Below are positions 16,705-25,700 of a stretch of DNA of 26,717 bases, piece by piece. The first letter of the stretch is position 1. Each line of letters opens with the position of its first letter. The DNA lies in contig JACCYR010000126.1 of assembly GCA_013696385.1 (NCBI GenBank), forward strand, positions 1 to 26,717, read 5' to 3'. A program made the translations under genes and the position numbers. Source of the DNA: Acidobacteriota bacterium (GTDB taxonomy: Bacteria; Acidobacteriota; Blastocatellia; Pyrinomonadales; Pyrinomonadaceae). The notes below the pieces were generated by a model. It was given only the letters and a program-made list of their open reading frames with translations, was not told where the DNA came from and searched no databases.

Positions 16705-18567
16705 ATGAGTGTTCTTAATTCAAACCACGAATTTGACCAGCACGACCTTTTTCACGTTATTGCGGACGAAACCAATCGTCTGCCGCGTTCTGTTCTTAGG
16801 CGGACGGCTTTTGAGCTGCTCGACGGCAAATGGCGGTTTGCCCTCGACGCCGATGACCGCGGAATCAGCGAACAGTGGTTTATTCAACACGATTTTGCAG
16901 AAACCGCAATGTTTCCCGGTTCAATCGAATCGCATCTTGTCGCTGCTAAAGATTCCAAAGCAGAATCGCCTCTATACACTGAAAGCGATGAAGTAGTCGC
17001 TTGGTATGAGCGCGATTTTAGCGTTCCTGAAGAGTGGAATCGGTCAAATAAAATAACGCAGCTAACATTTGGCGCGTGCGGTTACGAAACGCACGTCTGG
17101 CTCAACGGTGTTCTGCTCAAAACAATCGAAGGCGAAGAAGCGCATCTCGGCGAATACAGTTCGTTTTCATATGAATTGCCTGCCGATTTATTAAAGCCGG
17201 TCAATCGTTTGACGGTTCGCGTTGCCGATACAATAGATGCCGACATCCCGCGCGGCAAACAGGCTTCGCGCGTTTATAAACAAGGCGGCATTTGGTATCA
17301 GACGGTTTCGGGCGCAGTGCGGAGTGTTTGGATTGAACCGGTCGGACGCAATCGTCTGCGTTCGCGGCTTGGAGTTATCAGCAGTTTGCGCGACCATCTA
17401 GTCGAATTCGATTTTACGACCCGCACTCACGAAGCCAGTAAATATCTTCTGCGGCTGACCGTTACGCCGCACGGAAAAACCGAAACGGGCGAGCAAACCA
17501 CTCCGGTTACGGCGCAGTTTCATTTGACTTTGGAAACGGGCGAATACGTCCAGCGTGTTCCGCTTTTGCTGCCGAACGCTAAATTCTGGTCGCCCGACGC
17601 GCCGCATCTCTATCATTTGTGGGCTGAACTGGTCGCACCCGACGGCATTGTAACGGGCATCGAAACTCATTTCGGCTTACGCAAAATCAGCGCGCACGGA
17701 CAGCGCATTTACTTAAATAATGAAGCGATTTATCTGGATGGTATTCTGTATCAGCCAGGCATTTCGACGTTTGAGGAAATACGGCGGCATTTCCATGCCA
17801 TCAAACGACTCGGCTGCAATCTGGCGCGTGTTCACATTGCCGGAATCGACCCGCGCATTTATGATTTAGCCGATGAAATCGGGCTGATGTTGTGGGTTGA
17901 AATTCCTTCGCCGCATAGTTCAAACCAAATGAGCCGTGATAATCACTGGGCTGAATTGCAAAGAATGCTGGTTTTTATCGCTTCGCATCCGTCAATCGTG
18001 CTGCTTAGTTTATACAACGAAGATTGGGGCACGGAAGACATTTCAACCAACGTCGAAACACGAAAATATATTTCCAATACTTTCGATTATCTGCGGCTTT
18101 ACTATCCGCAATTGCTGGTCGTGGATAATGACGGCTGGAATCATGTTTCCCGCAACGGCAGACTTAGCTCGCATCTTTTGACGGCGCACGTATATACGCC
18201 ATCGCCGTCGGCTTGGGTTTCGACTCTCGACCGTCTGGTTGCCGGAGAAACACACGGCATAACGGCGCAGCCTTTGATTGTCGGTGACGAGTATTTTTAT
18301 CGCGGACAAACGCCGCTCGTCATCAGCGAATGGGGCGGTTTCGGTTTTACAAATTACGGCGGACCCGATGAAGTCGAAGGCAAATGCCGTCTGATTCAAC
18401 TATTCAAAGACGAGATGCGGCAACGCCCAATCGCCGGCGACATTTACACGCAGGCAACCAGCATCGAAGATGAAGTGAATGGAATTATTGACCCGACAAG
18501 CGGCGAACTGCTTGTTCCCGCAGGACTTCTCGGCTCATATTCCTACATTGAAATTAAGAAAGAATAA
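16705..18567 (+). CDS. glycoside hydrolase family 2 (beta-galactosidase/galactofuranosidase-like), no signal peptide
   Basis: LDGKWRF..D, WYERDF, L.FGA..Y...VWLNG, WSPDAPHLY, FGLRKI, GQRIYLNNE; putative catalytic Glu in YNEDWG and ISEWGG. Confidence 0.88.
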   Translation: MSVLNSNHEFDQHDLFHVIADETNRLPRSVLRRTAFELLDGKWRFALDADDRGISEQWFIQHDFAETAMFPGSIESHLVAAKDSKAESPLYTESDEVVAWYERDFSVPEEWNRSNKITQLTFGACGYETHVWLNGVLLKTIEGEEAHLGEYSSFSYELPADLLKPVNRLTVRVADTIDADIPRGKQASRVYKQGGIWYQTVSGAVRSVWIEPVGRNRLRSRLGVISSLRDHLVEFDFTTRTHEASKYLLRLTVTPHGKTETGEQTTPVTAQFHLTLETGEYVQRVPLLLPNAKFWSPDAPHLYHLWAELVAPDGIVTGIETHFGLRKISAHGQRIYLNNEAIYLDGILYQPGISTFEEIRRHFHAIKRLGCNLARVHIAGIDPRIYDLADEIGLMLWVEIPSPHSSNQMSRDNHWAELQRMLVFIASHPSIVLLSLYNEDWGTEDISTNVETRKYISNTFDYLRLYYPQLLVVDNDGWNHVSRNGRLSSHLLTAHVYTPSPSAWVSTLDRLVAGETHGITAQPLIVGDEYFYRGQTPLVISEWGGFGFTNYGGPDEVEGKCRLIQLFKDEMRQRPIAGDIYTQATSIEDEVNGIIDPTSGELLVPAGLLGSYSYIEIKKE

Positions 18568-18581
18568 GGTAAAATGAGAGT

Positions 18582-19520
18582 TTAAGTAAAATATGCGACC
18601 AATGCAGAAGCCCGCACGAAGTAAAGGCGATAAGATTTATACGCCCTTACGCGCGTGCGGGCTTCTGCATTTGGAATTCTCTTCAGTTTCCAATATTCGA
18701 GATGTTCGATAGAATCGCCGGGCGCGAGTTTTTTGAGCGGCGCGAGCGATTCGATTTCGATAAAATTGCCTGCCGTATAAAGTTCATTATTCGAGTTCAT
18801 ATCGGGATAAACCGCCGTTTCGATAAAATTAAATTGCTTGGTAAATTCCAAATCGCCAACCAGATATTTTGCCCGACCCTGTTTATTTAAAACGCCGACT
18901 TTTTGCGGTTCGGGTTTGTTTTCGTCAACTTTCAGGCGAATAAAATCCTTATCAAACTTCCAGCGCGAATCAGAAAAATCCGTGTATGACCAGACCGCCA
19001 AATTTCGCACCGGAAGCAGAGTTTCTCCGCCGTAAGGTGCAAACGGCTCGTTCGGAATCAACGCTTCGCCGCCGCCGCGCATAATCGTCAATGCCCACGC
19101 CGCGAGTTCGATTTCCTTGTCGCCGCAATTGGTGATTTTGTGATTTATCGAAACGCCGCTTCCCTTTTCGTCCAGAGTTACGATGATTTCCTTTTGCGTT
19201 TTTGTGATAATTTCAACCGGCTGAACAAGGCGAATCGAATTTCTACGCTCGTCAAATTCATATTCACACGGCGAATTATCGGGCGCGTAACTAATCGGCA
19301 TATTTTCTGGCGCAATCCACAATCGATGCCCGCCGTAAGGCTTAAATTCACCGAGCGCGGTTTCAACTTTCGCATCGAGATGCAAACCTAAAACATTCTC
19401 GCCGCCCGAAAACGCATAATGCAAAATTCGCGGTCCGACATCGGTTGCAGCAATAATTTCAATTTCGCCGTTAGTCAGGCGAAGGCAGTTCGGTAAGTTT
19501 ATGTAAGAGATTTTTTCCAT
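18582..19520 (-). CDS. uncharacterised protein, probable galactose-mutarotase-like beta-sandwich (DUF4380-like)
   Basis: GPRILHY, GGHRLWIAPE...Y.PDN.P, WALT.MRGGG, FIEIESLAP; last gene of the galT-galK run. Start set at ATG 19520 (MEKISY). Confidence 0.7.
   Translation of the reverse strand: MEKISYINLPNCLRLTNGEIEIIAATDVGPRILHYAFSGGENVLGLHLDAKVETALGEFKPYGGHRLWIAPENMPISYAPDNSPCEYEFDERRNSIRLVQPVEIITKTQKEIIVTLDEKGSGVSINHKITNCGDKEIELAAWALTIMRGGGEALIPNEPFAPYGGETLLPVRNLAVWSYTDFSDSRWKFDKDFIRLKVDENKPEPQKVGVLNKQGRAKYLVGDLEFTKQFNFIETAVYPDMNSNNELYTAGNFIEIESLAPLKKLAPGDSIEHLEYWKLKRIPNAEARTRVRAYKSYRLYFVRASALVAYFT
18601..18671. repeat. REPIN-like inverted repeat (family B) inside the 3' end of a CDS
   Basis: 18-bp perfect outer arms AATGCAGAAGCCCGCACG/CGTGCGGGCTTCTGCATT plus inner GTAAAGGCG/CGCCCTTAC; each arm begins GCAG and is itself a short imperfect palindrome. 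Confidence 0.75.
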
Positions 19521-19534
19521 CACAAAAATCAAAG

Positions 19535-19570
19535 TGTTTGGAGTTCCAACTAAAGTTGGAACTCCAAACA
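19535..19570. repeat. REP-like palindrome, family A copy 2
   Basis: TGTTTGGAGTTCCAAC-TAAA-GTTGGAACTCCAAACA perfect 16-bp stem between galK and the next gene. Confidence 0.75.
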
Positions 19571-19574
19571 AAGG

Positions 19575-20738
19575 TTAAAAAATAATTTCGCTCGCGCCGC
19601 CTGCCGGATTTGAAACATAGACATCGGTTGCAATCTGCGTTTGCCGAAAATATTTAATCGAAACTTTTTCGGTAAAATCTTCCAGCTTTTCGCGCCGCAC
19701 GAGATTGACGGTTGAACCGCCGAAACCGCCGCCGGTCATTCTCGCGCCGAGAACGCCCGCACATTCGGAGGCAATTTTCACCAGCAAATCGAGTTCCCGA
19801 CAACTGACTTCGTAGTCATCGCGCAAACTCATGTGCGAAAGCCACATCAACCGTCCGAATTCCTCAAAATCATTTTTTCTTAATGCTTCGGCGGCATCCA
19901 AGGTGCGTTTGTTTTCTGTAACGACGTGGCGGCAACGCTTTCTGATAATTTCCGGCAAATGATTTTTGTATTTTTCAAAATCCGCGACGCTGACATCGCG
20001 CAGGTGAGTAATGCCGGGCAGGAATTTCTGCAAAATCTCAACGCCTTGCTCGCATTCGGCGCGGCGAGTATTGTATTCAGAAGCAGCGAGTTCGTGTTTG
20101 ATGTTTGTGTTGCAAATGGCGATTGCCGCGTCATCGGTCGCAAACGGAACTTGTTCGGCTTGCAACTTGCGGCAATCAATCAAAAGCGCGTGTCCTTTTC
20201 TGCCCAGAGCCGAAACGAATTGGTCCATAATGCCGATTTTCGCGCCGACAAATTCGTGTTCAGCAGCTTGTCCGACAAGCGCAAGTTGAACTTTATCAAT
20301 GCTTTGGTTGGAAATTTCGGTCAATGCCAAACCGACGGAAATTTCCAGCGCGGCGGACGAAGAAAGTCCCGCGCCGGTCGGCACGTCTGAAGAAATCAGC
20401 AAATCCGCGCCGCGCAATTTCACGTTTCGACGTTCCAGAATCCGCGCCACGCCTTCGACAAAATCGAGCCACGAACCGCGAAATTTCTGCTCCGGCGCGT
20501 CTAAATTTATTTCACCTTCTTCGCCTAAATTGACGGAACAAACACGAATTTTCCGGTCTTCACGGACGGCGGCGGCAACAATTGTCGCGTATTCAATTGC
20601 CATCGGAAGAACAAAACCGTCGTTGTAATCGGTGTGTTCGCCAATCAGATTGACTCTGCCCGGAGCGCGGAAAAGTCGCGGCTCGCCTCCGAAACGCGAT
20701 TGATATTCGGTTTGTAAATTCAGGTAATTGATTGCCAT
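19575..20738 (-). CDS. galK: galactokinase
   Basis: RAPGRVNLIGEHTDYNDGFVLP, GHMP motif PTGAGLSSSAA, GIMDQ, GARMTGGGFGG. Confidence 0.98.
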   Translation of the reverse strand: MAINYLNLQTEYQSRFGGEPRLFRAPGRVNLIGEHTDYNDGFVLPMAIEYATIVAAAVREDRKIRVCSVNLGEEGEINLDAPEQKFRGSWLDFVEGVARILERRNVKLRGADLLISSDVPTGAGLSSSAALEISVGLALTEISNQSIDKVQLALVGQAAEHEFVGAKIGIMDQFVSALGRKGHALLIDCRKLQAEQVPFATDDAAIAICNTNIKHELAASEYNTRRAECEQGVEILQKFLPGITHLRDVSVADFEKYKNHLPEIIRKRCRHVVTENKRTLDAAEALRKNDFEEFGRLMWLSHMSLRDDYEVSCRELDLLVKIASECAGVLGARMTGGGFGGSTVNLVRREKLEDFTEKVSIKYFRQTQIATDVYVSNPAGGASEIIF

Positions 20739-20797
20739 TTTAATTTTAACCGCTTAAGAACGCAAGAATTTTCAACAGTATGAATTACGCACAGCCT

Positions 20798-21787
20798 TTA
20801 ATCATTTTTCCAAATTACCGGCTCAACGAGTCGGCGCAGTTCAAACGCTTTTTCTTCGGCGAGCGTGTCGTTGATAAACATTCCCGCGCCGGTTTCGCTG
20901 CCCGCCAAAAATTTCAGCTTTGTCGCGGAGCGCATCGGCGGATAAAATTCGATATGAAAATGATAATAATTATAATCGCCGCCGGACGGTTTTTGGTGCA
21001 AAACCATCATATACGGAAACGACACATCGAAAAGTTTGTCAAAAGCGACTAAAACCTGTTTCAAAATCGAAGCTAAATCAATCTGTTCAGCCGTCGAAAA
21101 CTGCGTCAAATCCGGCAAATGCCGTTTGGCGGCAATGTGCAGTTCATACGGATAACGCGCAAAAAACGGAATATAAGCCGCAAACGAATCATTTTCCGCG
21201 ACGATGCGCCGTCCGTCTCGGCGTTCTTCGGCAACAATATCACACAGCAGACAGCGATTATGTTTTTCCAGATAAAGCCGCGATTGTTCCAACTCTTTCT
21301 CAATCCGCGGCGGCACAAACGGATAAGCGTAAATCTGCCCGTGCGGGTGATGCAGAGTTACGCCGATTGCCTCGCCTTTATTTTCAAAAATAAAAACGTA
21401 TCTGACAAAATCGAGTTTTGAAAGTTCCCGAAAACGGTCTGTCCAAACCTGCACGAGTTTATAAATTTGCTCGACAGGTTCGGCGGCGAGCGTCGAATTA
21501 TGATTCGGCGTGTAGACGACGACTTCGCATTCGCCGAAACTTTTTTCAACCGGATAGAGTTCGGTTGATTCAATTGCCGGTTCGGGCGGATTCGGGCTGA
21601 GACTCGGAAATTTATTCTCGAAAACAACGATGTCATAGACGGGTTCGGGAACTTCGGTCGGAAAACCGCCGGGCGCGGTCGGACACAGCGGACAAAAATC
21701 CTTCGGCGGCAAAAACGTGCGGTCTTGGCGAGCGGTGGCGGTTGCCAGCCATTCGCCCAACAGCGGATTCCATCTTAATTCAGACAT
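20798..21787 (-). CDS. galT: galactose-1-phosphate uridylyltransferase
   Basis: ELRWNPLLGEW, CPLCP, VFENKFPSL, FENKG..IGVTLHHPHGQ (HPH nucleophile), HFHIEFYPP. Confidence 0.97.
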   Translation of the reverse strand: MSELRWNPLLGEWLATATARQDRTFLPPKDFCPLCPTAPGGFPTEVPEPVYDIVVFENKFPSLSPNPPEPAIESTELYPVEKSFGECEVVVYTPNHNSTLAAEPVEQIYKLVQVWTDRFRELSKLDFVRYVFIFENKGEAIGVTLHHPHGQIYAYPFVPPRIEKELEQSRLYLEKHNRCLLCDIVAEERRDGRRIVAENDSFAAYIPFFARYPYELHIAAKRHLPDLTQFSTAEQIDLASILKQVLVAFDKLFDVSFPYMMVLHQKPSGGDYNYYHFHIEFYPPMRSATKLKFLAGSETGAGMFINDTLAEEKAFELRRLVEPVIWKND

Positions 21788-21926
21788 TTTTCTCTGCCTC
21801 GTTTTTCACCGATTCGGTGGTTGATTTTTCGGTTTGGTCAAAAGTGTAATAAATAATATAACGCCGTCCGTCCGCCATCAATTCGCGGCGTTTATGCGTC
21901 TTACCGACGCTATCTGCTCGTTTCAT
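21780..21926 (-). CDS. small protein (48 aa) coupled to galT, not in ORF track
   Basis: Manual translation MKRADSVGKTHKRRELMADGRRYIIYYTFDQTEKSTTESVKN...; AGGAG SD 6 nt upstream; stop overlaps the galT start by 8 nt (ATGTCTGA). Confidence 0.75.
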   Translation of the reverse strand: MKRADSVGKTHKRRELMADGRRYIIYYTFDQTEKSTTESVKNEAEKNV

Positions 21927-21974
21927 TTTTTGCTCCTGCAATAGGATTATTCAGCATGCGTTTCAAATTTAACA

Positions 21975-21983
21975 ATTATAACA
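21975..21983 (-). promoter_or_regulatory. extended -10 promoter for the gal operon
   Basis: Minus strand TG-T-TATAAT with no good -35; about 50 nt upstream of the small ORF start. Confidence 0.5.
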
Positions 21984-22007
21984 AATCAATGTGTCATATT
22001 TAGGATG

Positions 22008-22655
22008 TTAATTATCCTCGAGCCAGCCTTGCAAAATAGCAAAGCGCACGATGTCTATGCGGCTGCCGATGTCGAGTTTCCGCATCGCGTTGGCTTTGTG
22101 GGCTTCGACGGTTTTGACGCTGATTTCAAGATTATAGGCAATTTCCTTGTTGCTGTAGCCCCAGGCAATCTGGCGCAGAACTTCCGATTCACGTTCGCTG
22201 AGAGTTAATTTTCCGGCAAGATTAATTTGCCGCGGGGCATAACCGCCGATGACTCTGCCCGTAACTGTCGGGTCGAGATAGTTGCCGCCTTTGGCAATGG
22301 CGCGGATGGCGCGGAGCATTTCGCTCGAAGGACTTTGCTTTAAAACATAACCGCTGGCTCCGGCGCGGAGCAGTTCTTGAAGATAACCGTCATCGGTGTG
22401 GCGTGTCAAGGTTAAAATTTTCATCTGCGGGCAAAGTTGTTTGAGTTTTCGGGTCGCCTTCAGACCGTTTAATTCCGGCATCGTAACATCCATCACGACG
22501 ACATCGGGCTGGAGTTCCTGCGCCATTTTAACCGCGGTGCGACCGTCGCCACATTCGCCGCACACTTCCATATCGGCTTGCGCGTTGATAATCAACCGCA
22601 AACCTTCGCGCACGGTTTCGTGGTCTTCGGCGATAAAAATGCGTAGGTTGTTCAT
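22008..22655 (-). CDS. NarL/LuxR-family DNA-binding response regulator
   Basis: IFIAEDH, PDVVVMD (Asp intact), LTLT, GYVLK; HTH LSERESEVL..IAWG.SNKEIA..L.IS.KTVE.HK.N.M.KL. ATG at 22655. Confidence 0.95.
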   Translation of the reverse strand: MNNLRIFIAEDHETVREGLRLIINAQADMEVCGECGDGRTAVKMAQELQPDVVVMDVTMPELNGLKATRKLKQLCPQMKILTLTRHTDDGYLQELLRAGASGYVLKQSPSSEMLRAIRAIAKGGNYLDPTVTGRVIGGYAPRQINLAGKLTLSERESEVLRQIAWGYSNKEIAYNLEISVKTVEAHKANAMRKLDIGSRIDIVRFAILQGWLEDN

Positions 22656-22681
22656 AAGTTTCAAGTTTCAAGTCTCAAGTC
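22656..22681. repeat. heptamer tandem repeat (AAGTYTC)x3.7
   Basis: AAGTTTC AAGTTTC AAGTCTC AAGTC directly upstream of the regulator ATG. Confidence 0.7.
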
Positions 22682-22706
22682 GGAAAACGCGCTTGACTTT
22701 GGACTT

Positions 22707-25700
22707 TTACCCGCCCGCAGTCTGCGCTCCCAGCGGGACGCGGACGAAAATCGTTGTTCCCTGATTGATTACCGATTCGATTTCGAGCGTTCCGCCGATG
22801 AGCGCGGCACGTTCGCGCATACCGATTAAGCCCAAGCCTTTTCCGTTCTTCAAAGTTGTCGCTTTTTTAATATCAAAGCCTTGCCCGTCGTCTTCGATAA
22901 TCAGCATAATTTCTTTGCCGCGACATTCGAGCAGCACGGACGCTTGGTTGGCGCGGGCGTATTTGCCGGTGTTGTTCAGGGCTTCCTGCACGATGCGGTA
23001 AAAATTCAGCTCGATTGCCATCTCCAATGCAATCGTTTCCAAACCGCTCGTATGAAATTCCGCCGGAATGTCGAAATGAATTGACCATTCCTTAATATAA
23101 TCATTTAACGCTGTCGTCAATCCCAAATCTTTGAGCGCGGCGGGGCGCAATTCCCAGGCAAGAAAATCGAGGTCGGAATCAACCTGTTCGGCAATTTTTT
23201 GGGTTCGCGTAATCTTTTCGCATAAATCCGCGTTATCCGCGCAATCTTTTTGAAGCATTTCAAGATTCAGGCGGAGCGCGGTCAATTGTTGTCCGAGATG
23301 GTCGTGCAACTCACGCGAAATGCGCTGGCGTTCGTCTTCCTGCGACGTAACGAGTTTTTTTAGAAGCGTCAAGCGTTGCTGCTCGATTTGTTGGCGCTCG
23401 GCGATTTCCGCTTGTAAGGTCGAATTGGCTGAAGCCAACTCGACCGTCCGCAATTGAACCTTTATTTCCAAACTTTCGTGCGCGAGGCGTAATGCTGCTT
23501 CGGCTTGGGTTTTTTCGGTCATATCGCGGGCGATTTTGACAAAGCCGAGCAGATTGCCGCCTTCATCCGCTAAAGCCCGCATTACGCCGGATGCGTAAAA
23601 GCGCGATTCGTCTTTGCGTATGTGAAAGCGTTCGTCTTCGGCAAATCCTTTTTCGCGGGCGGTCTTTGTTTCCTTTTCGGGAACATTGACGGCGCGGTCT
23701 TCGGGCATGAATAAAATTTCGTAATGTTCGCCGATGATTTCACTTTCAGTCCAGCCGAAAATACGCTCCGCGCCGGTGTTCCAAAATTCAATCAAACAAT
23801 TTTCAGCCGAGATGCCGATAATGGCGTAATCCTTCGCGCTTTCGATTAGAAGGCGCAGGCGTTCTTCGCTCTGACGCAGTTTTTCTTCCGATTGTTTTCT
23901 GATAGTTACGTCGCGCGTCGAACCGGCAACGAATTCAACCGTGCCGCCTTTGGCAAAAACGGGCGTGAGAATATATTCGTAAAAACCGTTTTCGCCAGCC
24001 AGATTTGTGAATGACGTTTCGTCTTTGACCATTTCTCCGGTGTCGAAAACGTGCTGAATTTGTTTTTGGAGAAGCACGGCTAAATCCGGTGGATAATTCA
24101 AATCGTGAAAGTTTTTCCCGACAATTTCTTCCGCCGTAATGCCTAATAAATCGAACAACGGCTGATTGGCAAAAACGAAACGCCCATCGCGGTCGAACAA
24201 GTAAGCAAAATCGCTGATTGCCGAAAGCGTCGTATCGAAAATGCGCGTTTGCCGTTCCAGCCGTTCGGCGATTTCCTCTAATTCCTTTCCGTGCCGCTTG
24301 CGCGTCGTAATATCCAAAAAGGTAGCGATAACGCCGTCAATTCGGTTGTCAGCCGTGCGATACGGCAAGATATTCGTCAGATAAACGCGCCCTTCGCTCG
24401 TCGTAACTTCGCGCTCGATTGATTGCAGACTGGCAAGCACCTTTTCGGCTTCGGCGTGTAAATCCGAATCCGAGAGTTTGGTCGTAATATCGGAAATCGG
24501 TCTGCCGATGTCCGCCGGACGCAGATTGTAAATGTCGAGGAGGCGCGGCGTAAATAATTTTATGCGAAGCGAACGGTCGAGAAACAGAGTGCCGATGTCG
24601 GTCGAAGCTATCAGATTGAGAAAATCATCGTTCGATTGGGAAAGTTCTTCGATTTTTATTTTCAATTCCTGATTGACCGTGTGGAGTTCTTCGTTGATTG
24701 ACTGAAATTCCTCTTTGCCGGTTTCGAGTTCTTCAGTCGCCGAACGCAGTTCTTCGTTCATCGCCTGCAATTCTTCGTTCGACGCTTTGAGTTCTTCGGT
24801 CTGCGTTTCGTATTGGTCAACCGTCGTGTGCAATTGCTCGTGCAGCTGCACGAGTTCGGCTTCGAGTTGTCGCGCCGGTTCGTCTAAACTAATCAGCCGC
24901 ACCGCCGTTCTCGCGTCGTTCGCCTCATTTGCTTCTTCAAACAACACGAGCAGAAAACCGCGCGGAACATCCGCGCCTTCGCGCAAAACCGGACGGACGA
25001 CGAGATTGATTTTTTGGATTTTTTCATCACCGATTTGAATTTCAAGCCCGCGTGTTTCGACACTTGCGGCGGTTTGCACCGCCTGATAAAGCGCGGTACG
25101 AAGTGCCAGCCGCAAATCGGGGTGAATAATTTTTAACAGATTATAAGACGGCTCGCCACCCGCCACCGCCAGATATTTTCCGGCGCGCGGTGTCAGATGC
25201 AGAATATCGTAGTTTTCGCTGACGATGATTGACGGCGGCGCGTATTTTTCAAGCAGTCGCTGGTGCAAATCGGTATACGCCATTCGTTCGAGCGCGTTCG
25301 CTTCTTCAATCCGCCGCATTTCAGCCGGGCGCGTCGGCTGTAAATCGGTGCGCGGCAGCATCAAATCGGAAATCGGCAGAGAGACACGGGCATTGACGTT
25401 GCGGCTTTGATAAATGTGATGTTCTTTGTCAGAGACGGCGAATAACTCAACGGCGACATCGGCGGATTCACTTGTTCCCAAAAACAAAAATCCGCCCGCA
25501 TTTAATGAAAAATGGAAAATTTCCATCGCGCGCTTTTGCGCCGCACGGTTAAGATAAATAAGTAGATTGCGGCACGAAACAAGGTCGAGATGCGAAAACG
25601 GCGGGTCTTTGATGACATTGTGAATGGCAAATAAAACACGCTCGCGCAAATCGCGCCGAACACGATAACCGTTCGGTTCGGCGACAAAAAAACGGCGCAG

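Noticed and set aside
19521-19571. N-terminal extension MFGVPTLVGTPN of the 18582 ORF
   Set aside because: This is simply the translation of the REP palindrome from a TTG next to the galK stop.
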